The notes under the pieces: generated by a model
The model's input: the letters and a program-made list of their open reading frames with translations, nothing else
The model's database searches: none
Told to the model about the DNA's origin: nothing
Source of the DNA: Lytechinus pictus
Taxonomy: Eukaryota
NCBI RefSeq assembly: GCF_037042905.1
Contig: NC_087246.1
Coordinates: 4,032,001-4,096,000 of the forward strand
DNA length: 64,000 bases
Direction of reading: 5' to 3'
Shown: positions 1-14,300 of the stretch, piece after piece
Layout: each line of letters begins with the position of its first letter
Position numbering within the stretch: position 1 is the first letter of the stretch
Position numbers and translations under genes: made by a program

Positions 1-1084
1 GTTTGGAGAAACACGAGAGAGATTCTTGTCCTGAAAGGTTTGCCAACTTGTCATGAATAATGAATATTTATGAGAACAGATTAGATGTCTTTCACAAACA
101 AGGGGGGGGGGGGATCTTGGGAAAGATGAAGTGTTGGGGAAATTTGAGATAGAGTCAACAAAATAAATTGGAGGTATATCTATATTTGTTCTTTTCCTAT
201 AAGTATTAACACTACTCAATGTATGTGAATTTAAACAACAAATAATGCAGTAATGCAGAGAAGCTGTTAATTACACAATAAAGGGGAGGAGTAGGAGTGA
301 GAGAGAGTCAGACAGACAGAGTAGGAACAAGACGACGGGTGAGGGGGGGGGATGACGGAGGAGAAATATGTCATCCACAAAGACACATATTCACACACAT
401 ATAAACCAATGAACAAACACACAGGGTTAAAAATAAATAAAAATGAAATTTCAAATCACAGAATGAGAGTGTAAAAAATAAACGGAAAATGAAAGAGTTC
501 AAAAACATGGATACAAATAAGTCTAGAATGTATTAATCATTTACAGTTGTATATAACACTTTCTTCAAATAATGCAATGTAATCAATAATCTAATCTCTT
601 AGCAAATGAATTAAAAAGTTACATCTAATCTATATGTATTTCATAATGCCATAATAATATAATATCATAACAATTTTCCATTCAGCTCATGTGTGGCTGT
701 ATAAAACTCTGACTGAAATACATGCTAAGAATAAAAAAAAAATTTTGTCCTCCTTAACTCTACATACCGTATTCCATTTCAAAAATATGATCAGCCTTAA
801 AAAAAAAAGCAGTTCCACGATGATATACATGTCAATGAATGTGGGATCATTTCAAAGTTACGTGAAAGTCATTTCCCAACACAGACTATAATTACAGCCA
901 TTTAAAACATAAACGAGCATTATGAACCTTAAAATTCAAACCTCTCTTGCAATGCAAATCTATAAATATTTGCTAACAAGGATGGTTTAAAAGTTGGAAT
1001 GCCATAGTAATAGAATAATGATAAATCAAATAATTCACAGCCAACAATCTCCAGCAAAAGTTCAGAGGCAGAGACCCTGAGATT

Positions 1085-1475
1085 ATAGAGTACCGAAGTT
1101 TGACATCATCAATTTTCACTTTGAGCATATTGGCGTTTTTGATACCATATTTTGGCAGAGCATGATGAAAAACCCCCACAACCCAAGTTTGGTGGGAATC
1201 GGTCCATGGGGCTCCCAAGATATGACCTCATGAATACATATTTAGCCCCAGTCAATGTATTATTGGCCCGGTTCCTAACATTTAGAACCAGGCCAATAAT
1301 ACATTGACTTCAATGGGGCTAATTATGTATTCATGAGGTCATATCTTGGGGCCCTATGGACCGATTCCCACCAAACTTGGGTTGTGGGGTTTTTTCATCA
1401 TGCTCTCCCAAAATATGGTATCAAAAACGCTGAAATGCTAAAGTTTTTTGTGACGTCATCACTTCGGTACTCTAT
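1085..1475. mobile_element. Palindromic MITE (~390 bp)
   Basis: Ends ATAGAGTACCGAAGT ... ACTTCGGTACTCTAT; the two halves are near-perfect inverted copies; this explains the mirror-image ORFs 973-1218(-) and 1333-1536(+). Confidence 0.85.
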
Positions 1476-4400
1476 TACTGTATACACTAATGTGAAGATA
1501 TCACTCCTGTATTTAACTGATGTTACAGTCACATAGATGAACCAACTCAAGACCAACAAAAGCCATTACATTATACCATTGGTCAGTTTCAACTTGTTTT
1601 TGTTGGTGTGACTAGGGAATTATTAGTGAGCATATCTATGGTTTGACTGTAGCATAAGACAGAGTCTGGTTTATGGGACATAGAATGGGTCTATAAGGAA
1701 TCTGATATTAATCATGTACTGGTTCATTTGAAATATTGTTCTTATTAAATAATTTCAGTCCTGTATCCTTCATGACAAAATGAAAACCTAAACAACAACA
1801 AAAAAGATATCACGCCCCCTCAAACAAAAAACATATATAAAAAAAGACTTTATTACATCAAGTAAACTTTCACAAACACTGCTTCTATCTTCATGTCACA
1901 AACCCTATATGTCATATTTCTTCTTTGCAAATGATTGCCAAAATTTGCATCATTTCAACAAGTTTTAATGACATTAGGCTTGAACTTTAATTTAACTTTG
2001 AATTTAATATGTATATTATGTATAATCATAATGCATATATGATTTCTTGAATTCATCACCTTGTATATGAATCTTCTCAAAATGGCACCATTACGGGTCT
2101 ATATATTTTTTTTTATAGCAAAAAGCCCTAAAAATATAAAATAACTAAAAGTATAATTTAATTTTATCAATAAGGAAAATCATTTTTGAAAGAATGAAAA
2201 TGTATTTTATTACAAAAAAAGAAAGAAAATGCAATAAAAGAAGATATCAAAATTAATAAAATCTATATTCTAAGATAGCTGAAAATGTAAGATATATACA
2301 TATTGCATAGAGAAAATTTTTAACCTAAAACTAAAAGTTGAATTTTATTATGTTTAAAAATTGTGATGTAGGAATAGGGAAGGGATGGGGGCTCTCGGAA
2401 CAATGTTTAAAAGAAATATGTCATTTTTTGTCAAAAAATAAGAGAGGGGTATAAATCTGAAAGAATAACCCCATTCAAAGGGGTACAGGGTCTGTTCCAC
2501 AAATTATTTTAATGTAATTTCAGAATTAATAGTAATTTCTAAGGAAAATTCAAAATTCAAAATTCATATTTCTTATTCTTTAAACAATGTCACTATGGTA
2601 GTAACTATAATGACAACTACCATAGTATTTTATTATCTTTCTGAAATGGGGGATCAGATTCCATTTGATGAGTTTTTCTGAGTGTTAATCTGACCTCCTG
2701 ATATGGAATGGTTGAAAATCTCCCTGCCTTCTCAAATTGAATGTTGTCTTTAATATATCAATTTTTATGAACATAATCTTGAAGAGCATACTTTTGTATT
2801 TAATGCTTATATTTTCATCCACCTAAATGCAGTATTAATTCTATTTCTATAAGTGTAACTCCCTTCAGCACTGGATATAACAGTAGCTTAAAATCAAATA
2901 ATAGAACCCTAAAATGGGGAAGCACTGCATGAGCACCTTAAGATGAAACATTGGGCAACAAAACCCAATAACTACAGACAAGGTTTCATACATATTTCAA
3001 TAAAAATATCGAACATTTCAATAAAGCCATTGTTGTTTGTGATCAATCTCAAGTAATTGTATTATGGGGCCCTTGACAAGATCAGCAATTAAGAAGATTA
3101 GGATTAAAATGGTAATAATTTCTAAATTGAATTCAAATATTGATAAGTAGGCACCAAGCAGTATTGTTCACTCAAATTGAAAATGTTCAACGATAGATTC
3201 TATTGGATTTATGCCATCAGCAGGAGTATTTTTAAGAATTGTGAAATTACTGATACAATATTAAAGGCAGTTAAAGGAATTTAGGTAAACTACATTAATA
3301 TACCCTAGATATATCACACTTGAAATATTACTCAGTATTTTTTTCTACTACACATCAACTGAATGGATTGATATTCAAAAGAGTTTAAATAGAGAATTTG
3401 GGTGCATTTTTTCAACATCAGACTATACAAGGATGGAGTGGATGAGGAAATATTTTTCCCTGCTGGCAGTTTGAAAGTTCATCACCAATAAAATGTATTT
3501 ATCTTCCACCATGTGAATATATTGAAATACAGTTCAAAAGAGAAATAAATTTCGAAAAATGTGTCTAGTTACTACAAACATTATGATTACTTTAGTTTTG
3601 CTCCATCAAACCCAAAATAGTATTGTTCTCCGTAAAAATCTATCAACAAAAAATGAAAATATAATCATTAGAATAGGAGTACCAGATACCTTTTTAGTAA
3701 GTAAGTTAAGTCTCTTTTGCAGAATGGATATCAGGCTAAATAAAATAGACTATGTACAAAGTAAGTAAATTCCTTGTTGCTCAATCCAATAACAAAATAG
3801 TTTTTTATGGGATTCCCACCTTATTATTTAAGTAGATTTCTCTTTACAGCAATTTCTAGATACAAACAAGAATATTAAGAATTACAGGGATCATTTATAG
3901 GAACTAATTATGTAAGCAGATATTAATATGAGATGGAGAAGGGGGTCTCACTGTATACAGGAGAGTTGCCAAATGTTGGTTTGATTGATAAGAGCTTCAA
4001 AAAGTAACTTCCTAAAATATACTTTAGTTTTTGGTGTTGTTTCTATTAATTATAAACCAGTTTTGGAGTAGAAGCATCTTTAGTATATCTATGTAGAATT
4101 TTGGTAGAGATGATGAAACACACCAAGTAAGAATGATGGGAATAATACTACTGACTCGCAGTCAGATGGTCTACTCATGCTGAGTGAAATCTACTTTCTC
4201 ATTTTCTCACTTATTTAATGCCAAATAGCTTCTTCTTATCTTTCCAAGTAAGAACAAAACCACAATATATGACCATGTTCATAAAATGAGTCACATGTCA
4301 CAAAAAAAGGAAAAAGATTTTTGGTTTATTATCATGCTATTAGAATTAAACACGTTTCCACTTTCATTTTGCTCAAAATCCAGATAAAGAGAATGATTGT

Positions 4401-6109
4401 TTTAACTTAAGATATCAAAGCTGTCAACTTGATAGATCAGCAAAATGCAGACAAAATTATGATTTATCAAGTGCTTCACCATTCATCAAATGCATTGAAA
4501 TATTCTTTAAAAAAAGTTTTACTTTTTTTTTTATTAAACATTCAAAATCTACAAGGACATTGTAAAAAGTTGCTGTCTCCAAAAATGTTCTCATGTACAC
4601 AAATGATTTGGAAGGATTGGGCCATGGGTCATCTATTACGGTACATGTTAAAAGAAAAAGTAACATCAAATCCATATGTAAATACCCAAGTTCGACCATG
4701 AATGAGATGATGAAATATAAATCTAATTTACAATACATACAACACTCACAATGTGATTTATCTAACATCAAATAAAAATGGTAGAAAAAGATCATACTAA
4801 TTCTACTTTGTGGCACTACAATTTATTTTTATTTAGAGATGGTCATTAATCACAGAAAGACCATGCACACCAGTAAGATATGAAAACATGTCATTTTATT
4901 CCAGCCAATGTAGTAGTAATAACATAATTTCAGTTGGTAAACATTGGTTCATTTTCTTTTTGCCTTACAGCCCTGGATGATGGCTAAACACTTGATAAAT
5001 TATGATAAATTAAGAAAGATCACAAGTGTCACCTCTCTTATCAGTTCAAGAAACTAAATTACTGAAGTGGTAGTTTCTTTATTCATTATCTATAAAAACA
5101 ACCTTGGACCACCCATTTCACTTTCTTGGGGACAGTTACTAGTGGCTCACAAAACCATAGTCAGTGATCTACATGCCTTGCCCACACAGATGGTCTGAAT
5201 TAATTGATTAATAGCTCCATGGTATAACTGTGTTGTACAGAAAACTGCACACAAGTACCACAGCATCTAAGAACTGTTGATGATAGCAATAAATGTCATC
5301 AGTCTATGGGGAGAGTTTGATTTTACTACCAACCATACCACAAATGACAAAGAAAAGTAAATGTTTAGTGATATTTAACAGTGATTAACTGGTGGTGTTT
5401 TTAAGCTGAATGGTCAGAAACCATGAATGCTTGTCAGTAAGTATCCATGATAGAGTGATAATCTCAGATAGATCATGTTAAGTTAGATTAATTAGATCAA
5501 CGGTAGAGACAGTGATTTTCCGTTTCAAAAAATGGCCTTTTCCGTTTCTGAAAATCTGTTATTCCGTTTCAACTTGATCTAAAAATGGAAACTCCGTTTT
5601 GTCACTGAAAATGTACACAGCAAAAACCTGAATTCTCTTTCTCATACTTGGACAAAAATCAGGGGGGGGGGGTATAATCCCTTTGTCCCTCCTACGGCAC
5701 CACCCTTGCATACCATTACTGTACACTTTCAATATGCATCAATTGATTTATATCTGGTCCAGGTTTCATAAGAAGATTAAACACATAGATTATAAGTGAT
5801 TGTTATGAAATGATCCTTCTGTGTCTCTTTGATGAACAGCAACATTCCATGAGTAGGCAGCGCTGGCTCAGCAATGGCTGGATGAAAATGAGATGTGTGT
5901 GGAAGATGTAGACTATAGAGGGCGCAACATCAACCAGCAAGCGGTACTATAATGGCTATCAGTGCTACAACTGTTAAAAGGACTACACAACATATGATGA
6001 TCATGATCTTTTTCTGTATGAAATAAAAAAACAAATAACAGAGATATATAAAAACATTAATGAATATGTGCGGTGTTTACATGCAACATTTTTCAAATAA
6101 GGCGTTACC

Positions 6110-7270
6110 TTGATCAGGACACTAAAGACAGATTTGAATTGTAATGACCTATTATACTGGTTGTCCAATACACAGATCATTAGACTGCTGCAAATACAAA
6201 ATGAAGCTGCCAGGGATGTCACTAAAAACAGTCTCGAGAATCAGTTTCCAAGATACTTTGCAATTTGGTTACCAATTATAGATAGATTGATATTCAAACT
6301 TCTTGTAATTGCGTTATATCAGCATGAATCAGCCCCTCTTTACCTACAACAGCTTCTCATTGAGTATCACCCAATAAGGCCTTCAAGTTATTTATCCCCC
6401 TTAAGGACGTTCCCCAGTTATGTTTGTGCACACGCTGATCTGCGCATATTTTTACGCTTTGCGCAATGACATCACAATGAATGAACAGGTGAGTTATCAG
6501 GCTCACATACCAGCTGATTTTTCCCATGGTCTGAACTCTAACTGCAGATCTAATGTATTATTGTACGAAGCTCATTCGCTGAAAATAATCCATGGAATCA
6601 TTTTCACCTCATTTTTTCAGAAATGAATGTGCTACTAACCTTAAAATAGCAAATGGATATCAATATAAATCAGTTCGCCATCTTTGGTATACAATCCTGA
6701 ATGGGACTGTAAAATTTGATGAAATTTTACAGGTATAAACTCAGCGTTTAAACTCAGCGTTGTGATCTTGTGAGGTCTAAAACTGCCCAGTTCTTTTGAT
6801 TGCGTAATTCTCGAGAACTGTTAATTTGGTGAACTTCGGAGCACAATAGCAAAAAATCAAGCACATGGACCAATGTTACTTTTTGCATTTTTTAAATATT
6901 TAAGTCAATTAAGTTCTAAAGTAACTCTGTGCAAAATTTTGTGAAAATGACATGGATTTCCCTTTTACTGTGGAACGTCCTTAATGGATGCACAATATCA
7001 TCTGGGCAAAGAGCATTTCAATATATGCAGTCCATCAACTATGGAACAAACTTCCAAATATCAATGTTAAAGTCTTACCTTTCCCAAAGATATATTTCAA
7101 ATTTTCCTCAGTATAAGAAGTTCCTAGTCTCAAATTTGTATAATGATGCATGTAGGTTCTAATATATGATTGTTTTTTTCTTCTTTCTTTCTAATTCCAC
7201 CTTTTCAGAGCGTCAAGAGACTTAATTGTAATATGCGCTAAATAAAAACTGCATATTATTATTATTATTT
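6110..7270 (+). mobile_element. Degenerate 3' end of an L2/CR1-group LINE, split by a MITE
   Basis: Peptide remnants resemble the L2-type ORF2 C-terminus (LNCNDLLYWL..QIQNEAAR..WLPI..RLIFKLL..APLYLQQLL; then GQRAF and LWNKLP after the MITE); ends GCGCTAAATAAA followed by (ATT)n at ~7235-7270. Confidence 0.7.
6405..6980. mobile_element. Kolobok-type non-autonomous DNA transposon inserted in the LINE remnant
   Basis: TTAA target duplication (6401-6404, 6981-6984); TIR GGACGTTCC(C/A)CAGT ... ACTGTGGAACGTCC; RR..YY termini. Confidence 0.8.
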
Positions 7271-8040
7271 TTATCATCCAAGGTGAAATGTCATAATTTC
7301 ATAACAAATGTAAAATGAAAATAACAACTTAGTCCATGTTAATCTGCTTTTAATTTTTGAGTAAAAATCATTCTTTGTCACACAATTTGTAATTGCTATT
7401 TTTGTAGTAAAAACCTATATAAATAATGCCATTCACTCCTATTTAAAAAATGAAATATTCTTATATAATTTTGGTGCCTGATCCTGTCCCAATGGAAATG
7501 ATTTCTATACTATTTACACAAATCTGATACTTACCGGAGGTTTGCCAATCTGATTCCCAACCCCCATAAAACCAATAATATTAATTATGCAATGGACATA
7601 ATTGAGGACAACAAAATGAAAATAAAATCAACTCAAAATCCAAAATGTAATACAACTCTACTAAACAATACAACACCAATGAAGTGAAATAGCAACATAT
7701 AACAGAATATAAAAACAAATTCAGAAAAAAACAACATTTATTCATGGTTTCATGAATACTAATATGGAGATCTTTTGTACAAGATTAACAGTCTGAATGA
7801 CAATAATACCCTTTTCATCGACTCGCCCTCAAATAATCAAGATTAAAAAAAGATCAGAATAGTGCAGAGCTGGCAATAACAAAATGTTCATGAATTTAGA
7901 AATAAACATGCACTATTTGAGAATCCTGTTCATAAATAAAAATATGAGATGGAATGCGGACCGAGTCCTCCTAATGAAAGTTGTCAAATAATCTGGATAA
8001 TTCTGGTTCTCGACCTTGCATCCATGAAAGGGATATAACA

Positions 8041-8215
8041 CAATATATTGTTGTATCGGTGCAAGAATGCATTTGGAAAAACATTTTCGCGCACCCATCA
8101 GTGCAAAATCGCCCTTACGCAATGGCCTTTTGTGTGCTGCTAAGAGCGTTACAGCCCGCATGCCCAAAAGTGTGGAGTTAAGGGTGTTCTTGCACCGACA
8201 CAACCATATGGATAT
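8041..8215. mobile_element. Short MITE remnant
   Basis: Inverted repeats TTGTATCGGTGCAAGAA (~8051) and TTCTTGCACCGACACAA (~8187-8203) around a GC-richer core. Confidence 0.55.
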
Positions 8216-9000
8216 AATGCATCTTACACATAAACACTTAATACATCAAGCTGTAATCAAACAGTTTTTCAGACATAATAATTAAGACAGAAATGTTTGA
8301 AAACAAAATTTAAAAAATGCAAAATTAATGTACAGGTAAACCAGGGACAACATCAGTATAATGAATCCGAGGTAAGTGCATGGTTTATTCAACAAGGAAA
8401 TAACGTTTTTGAGAAGCAAGATGACAAGAAAAGATTTTTCACTTCTTATGCATAGGAAAGGAGTTAATGTGGTATACATATCTGAAATATTAAACAGATT
8501 TATTCAAAAAGAATGTAGTGCAAGTAGAAATCAGAAATCTAAGAGATACAGAGTGAATATGCTTTTAACAAGGGTCCAAACCTTTGCTTTAACAAGAGAG
8601 CAAATTAGTATCATGCTTCATTACATTGTTGGTACTGTAGTTAGTGCAATCAGAGTGAAATAATTATGGGTAAGAATCAGATCATGATAATTGCATGATA
8701 AGTAAATGCATGATGGAGTTAATGTCCTTATGCCATGGATTAAAAGCTAGAATACACCTTGCATATCAGGAAACTAAAATGTCAAAACTTTCCAGTTCAA
8801 TGTTAGATTTTGATGAAATTTTCAGTGATATGCTGTTCATTATTATTCAAATCATATTGGTATTGTATCGGAGCTGATATCTAAAGATGCAGGGAAATAA
8901 TTATAAGGGGTCTTGGGGTGATTTCACCCCCAAAATAATCTAAAAAACCCCTGAAAATCTCAAAAGAGCCCAAGAAAATCCCTGTTCACTGCAATGTTAA

Positions 9001-9258
9001 AGGTCAAGTCCACCTCAGAAAAATGTTGATTTGATTCAATAGGGAAAAATCAGACAAGCATAGTGTGTGATGTCATCAGTTCCCTCATTTGCATACCGAC
9101 CAGGATGTGCATATAACTGTTTTGTGAAATTAAGCGAAACTTTAAAATGTCATAACTTTCTTATTTTACATCCGATTTTGATGAAATTTTCATTGTTATG
9201 CTTGTTGGATTTTTCTCTTTTTATTCTAATCAACTTTTTGTTGGGGTGGACTTGTCCT
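9001..9258. mobile_element. Kolobok-type MITE (internally deleted); related copy at ~51740-52128
   Basis: TTAA|AGGTCAAGTCCACC ... GGTGGACTTGTCCT|TTGA; internal sequence shared with 51740-52128. Confidence 0.7.
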
Positions 9259-10879
9259 TTGAAGCTCATCCAATGTTTCACATTCAGGAAGTAGGTTATA
9301 AAAAGTAGCCCCTGAAACTAATAAATTAATTTTGTGCCTGTAAAGATATTATGTTACATCTTGTACAGGCACTGGCATGGGTATGGGATGGAGAAACATT
9401 ATCTTTGGAGATGGTTTTCTTTCTTTTAATCATTAGGTATACACAATCAGGCATGGATACAAGGGGGGGGGGGCATACACCCCTTTTTGAGGATTTTGTT
9501 TACTTGAACTATTGTTTTTACCCCTCCCCCCACAAAGTAACATCTAAGGTTCATACATGTATATAAGTTACATCCAAGAAGACAAGAAAAGTAAATCCAC
9601 AATAACACAAGACAAGAAGTCATGCACAAACACATGTTTGATAACATGAAGAACAAAGCAAATGCCATAATCAGATACAAGCATGATAACTAAATTGAGG
9701 GACTAGTCTGCTAAAATGTGCACCCTTCAAATCACATTTATCACAGAGCAAAAATGCTAGACACCATGAATAGAATTACTGCCTCAATGTTACAAATATT
9801 GTACAAGCACATACAGCATATCTTATTCGGAAACTACCATGCAAAAAAAGTTGAAGCAGGAGAGATGAGTTATATTCATTTGCTGCCAGACATCCCAGCA
9901 TACCTCTGGTAGATTGGAAATAAGAGTGTTTGAATTTACCTTCATATTGTGTATGTGAGCCATTATTGTAAGGCTACATTAATGAACACTGAAGCAAATA
10001 ATGAAGGATAATTTGGGAAAATTTAATAATCAAACTGATTTTTAACATGAAAGAAATACAAACTTTGTTCGATATTCTCAAATTAATCAACATTTCTTTG
10101 TGAAGAACGAGATATATGTATGCAAATACAATGGAACTTCAGCATAAATAGATTTTTTTGTTAGAGTAATATAATGTGTTTTCAAAGACATCGCAATACA
10201 AGAGATGAACATAATGCGGTGTAACATATATACATCAAGATGTTTTTTAATCCAAAAGTAAAGAATGTGATATATTTAACGTAATGAAAAGTCACAGTAA
10301 CAGTTATATTGCAATTATTTTATAACAATATCAACTGGGACAAAAATCAAAGGGGATAAACTTAGAATCACAAGTAAAGCTCAAAACAAAACATCAAAAG
10401 CACATACATTGACACAATACAGACAAGGCGAATACAAAGGCATCACTATTCCACGATATTCTCTTGCAACACAACATTAATATTCCATGTCCACTTGATC
10501 TTTACTCACCTAGATAATATGCAGAAATTGAAGTAAATTCAAACAAAGTTCCAGGCTTAAATGAACATCATTTTATTTTACATCAAATTCATTTTTCTTA
10601 CCCTTTTCTTCCATCATTTTACCTTTTTAAATTCCATTTCTTTTATCGTATTTCCCTGTAGCTCTTACCTTACCTTGAGAATACCGTAATATTTTGAATT
10701 TATATTGTAATTTCTGTATATTTCTTTATTCCTTTGTTATATTGCTTATTTGTTGATTTCATTTTTTTTTATTGTAAAACATCTGTCAATTCAGCTTTTA
10801 AGCTGCGATCACATGTTTTTTAATAAATCTTGAATCTAGCTCTTAATCTTTTCTTCTTTACACATTTCCCTGAATCATT

Positions 10880-11550
10880 TCTTAGTAGGTACTGTAGTTT
10901 TCTCTCTGTGATGTTCGGAGGATTCTAGACCACAGTAAATGCTCGTCAAATGATAAAGAACAGCTGGGAGGTCTTTGTTGAAAATTGGTGAAACAGAACA
11001 GCAACTTTGTCCTAAGTAAATTCGAAGCTGACGAAAAATTGCAAATATCGTCGGCTTCCCGCAAGAAGGGACTTATTAACGTTTTCTTTAATTTTTAATT
11101 TTTTTTAATTGCTGAAATGGAAAAAGCATGTCATGAACTTTCTTCTTGTACCATTCTCGAAACTAAATGTGACGTCATTATGGCGTAATGAGCAAAAACA
11201 TTCTAACGTGTTTTATGCACATAGATGCGTTCTTTTTCTGGTAACCGGATCGTGCATTTCGTTCCCGGAAAAAAGGCAGTTCTTCGTTCAATGTGCTTAC
11301 GCTCATAAACCAATTTGCGCTAGCTACCTTTGTCTGGGAACGGGATCACAAAATATCAATTAAGAAAAAATCTTGCTTTGTCAGAAAGTTTGAGTATTAG
11401 TACAGAAAATAATACACTATCTGCTAAAAGCACAAAAATAAGGTCAAAACATAATTTGCCTTTTCTAAAAAATGTACGTTTTGCGCACGTACATACTAAG
11501 TCCTTTCTTGCGGAAAGCCGAGTACGTCATTTGTCCAGAGTCAAGGACTA
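10880..11550. repeat. Probable interspersed repeat / DNA-transposon fragment
   Basis: Abrupt CpG-richer block within AT-rich flanks, ending CAGAGTCAAGGACTAA; no long TIR or TSD confirmed. Confidence 0.35.
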
Positions 11551-13599
11551 AACTGCTGTTTTGATTCACCAATTTTTGACAAAGACTTCTTGGTTGATCT
11601 GTGTCATGAAGTTCATGTTACAATAAACTATCTCTGTTCTTCACTCCTACGTACGTACATTGCTGTGCGAAAACTCCCAATTTCATCATTGTCACTCCTC
11701 TGAGATATCCATCAGTCTTTCTTTCTTTTTCATTCATTGTTTGCTACTTTTCCTTCCCCTTTTCTTTCCCCCTCTTTCCTTCCTTCTATCTGATTTCTTA
11801 ATTTTTTTGCTTCACTATTTCCACTTTCTTTAATCTGCCTTCTTTCTTTCTTCTACAGTTTCTTTCGGTACCCTTCTTATCAACTCACTTTCACACTTTT
11901 ATTTCCTAATCACTCTTTGTCCAATCTTTGTTCACTCACTCACTCACTCTCTGTCCACTATTTTATTAGTCTTTGATTGCAACCAGGTAGGGTAGATCTT
12001 ACTGTGTAGGTACAGAACTTGGCAACTTGACTTTCTTTCTTTTGAATTGTGATATTTGATATCTTCTTCTGAATTTTGTGTGTAATTAGTTATTCATCAT
12101 TGACAAGGTCAGAGAAAGCATTGAGGAATATTCCACATTGCAGATTCCTTAATGCTTTCTGAAAAATCCCTGACCTTGTCACAGGTGCAAAACCATTTGC
12201 ATTCAAAGCTATCCTGCAAATGGTACAACTCAGAAGAAAGAAAGTCCAGTTGACAAGTTTTTAATCTATGTAGTACTTGACAAATTATCATTTCTCTTCA
12301 TTATGTTCTGAAGTATAAAGCACTTTGCAGTCATCAAGTTGATGTTAACTTCTACATCCTAGACAAGCTAATAAAATCAAGCCATCTGAAAGTCTCTACT
12401 TTAAGATGGCAAAAGCAAAACCTTAATTTTGAAGAAAATGTTCTTAACATGTCAGCAATAACGCACAGTAGATCGAGCCACATAAAATTTACTTTTCGGA
12501 TAACATCTGAAAATTTATTCACCATAAGATTTCAAATAGCTACATATACAACAACAAAAAATGTCCCTTTTCTTCTTTCTGGTAGATAAGTTGCTAAGCT
12601 AGGTATGTAATTACACCCTTCAATAAAAACTAAGACATGGTTATATAATGAATGATATATATGAATATCAAATAGGATACTAGAGTAAACTTTACAAAGT
12701 GCATATTTAAAAAAAATGAACATCACAAAATCAATTTTTGAGCTGCAGCAATGAAGAAATTTTCAAATCCTTACTTGAAAAATGCTGCCTATTTATGTTT
12801 AATGCATACTTTACAAAGTAAATATTTCATGAGAGGTATATATAATTACAATTGATATTCATGGTTTCAAAGAGACTATTACTAGATTATCAATCATTAT
12901 CCACCATCTACATGTATGTTAACTGACTTATTCTATTGGGGTCTTAGCTAAAATTCAAAGTGAAAGAATTTTGGACACTTAAAGAGTTGGGGGTATAGTG
13001 AGATAAATGTTTACCTGTTAAATTTTGTCATACCATTATTAACTTCATACTTAAAGGGGATCAGCAGTGCCTTCAAATAACCCAGACCTGAAAACTATCA
13101 TAACCTTCATTGATATATTTCGTTGACTAAATACCTTTATCTTGTGGCCTGAAATATATTCCAAGGGATTGAATTCATAATTTTGTTTGGAATGTCATGT
13201 TTAAATTTCATGAAAATATTTCATTTTCAATTTATATTTAAATCAAGAATATATATTGCACTTTTAATACCTTACGCATTAAAAAGCAAGATTTGGCACT
13301 TTGTAAAACTTGTATTCTGTAATCATTATTCTACCTCAACTTCTATCTTGATATTAGGGTCATCACCTAGCAAAGTTTTGTTAGGTAGTTTATAGGTAAA
13401 GTCCAATTATAACTACTTGCATTCCTAAATAACTGAACAAATTAAATGAAAACCAAAATTTAATTTTAGATTTACTGATGCTCTAAAGGAATTTATGGGG
13501 TAAAAATGAAGGGCACTTTCAGTCGCTCATTCATTCAAAGGTTAATGACTGCAAACACACCAATTTTGAAAGTATGGTCCACCAGTGTAGTGTCACTAT

Positions 13600-14300
13600 A
13601 GTATCATCAGACTACCAGTGTACTTCCTGCATAGTATCAGTATGGTAACAATTTATTAACTGTATGTTATTACTGCATTACCAGCCAGGTACTAGTATGG
13701 TACCAGCATAGTATCAGTGTTACCACTGTGTTACCAACCAGGCTAGTATGATACCAGGCATAGAACCAGTGTTACCAATCAGGTACAAGTATGTTACCAG
13801 GCATAGAACCAGTGTTACCAACCAGATACAAGTATGGTATCAGGCATAGAACCAGTGTTACCAACGAGGAATAAGTATGTTACCAGGCATAGCACCAGTG
13901 TTACCACTGTATACCAACCAGGTACAAGTATGGTACCAGGCATAGAACCAGTGTTACCATTGTGTTACCAATCAGGTACAAGTATGGTATCAGGCATAGA
14001 ACCAGTGTTACCATTGTGTTACCAACCAGGTACAAGTATGGTACCAGGCATAGAACCAGTGTTACCATTGTGTTACCAACCAGGCTAGTATGATACCAGG
14101 CATAGAACCAGTGTTACCAACCAGGTACAAGTATGGTACCAGGCATAGAACCAGTGTTACCACTATGTTACCAGTGTGATTGTAATGGTTTCATGTTACA
14201 ACATGCATTCTTTAATGAGCACCAGAGTGTCATCGGTGTGTTACATGTGTCATACCACTGTGTTACCATTGTGTTAACCGCAAGGAACCAGTATGATATA
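13600..14300. repeat. Minisatellite with ~39/51-bp units
   Basis: Tandem units GTTACCAACCAGGTACAAGTATGGTACCAGGCATAGAACCAGT, with or without an extra GTTACCATTGT; degenerate at both edges. Confidence 0.9.

Noticed and set aside
1..33. Minus-strand CCTTTCAG acceptor followed by an open frame DKNLSRVSPN running off the window
   Set aside because: Only 30 nt visible and no recognisable homology
5208..5303. Possible alternative last exon TDDIYCYHQQFLDAVVLVCSFLYNTVIPWSY* after a CTCTCCCCATAG acceptor
   Set aside because: No similarity to syntaxin C-termini; short hydrophobic ORFs are common on this T-rich strand; needs transcript evidence
8282..9680. Hydrophobic minus-strand ORFs (8282-8479, 9447-9680) as membrane proteins
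   Set aside because: Compositional artefact of T-rich sequence; no convincing splice context or homology
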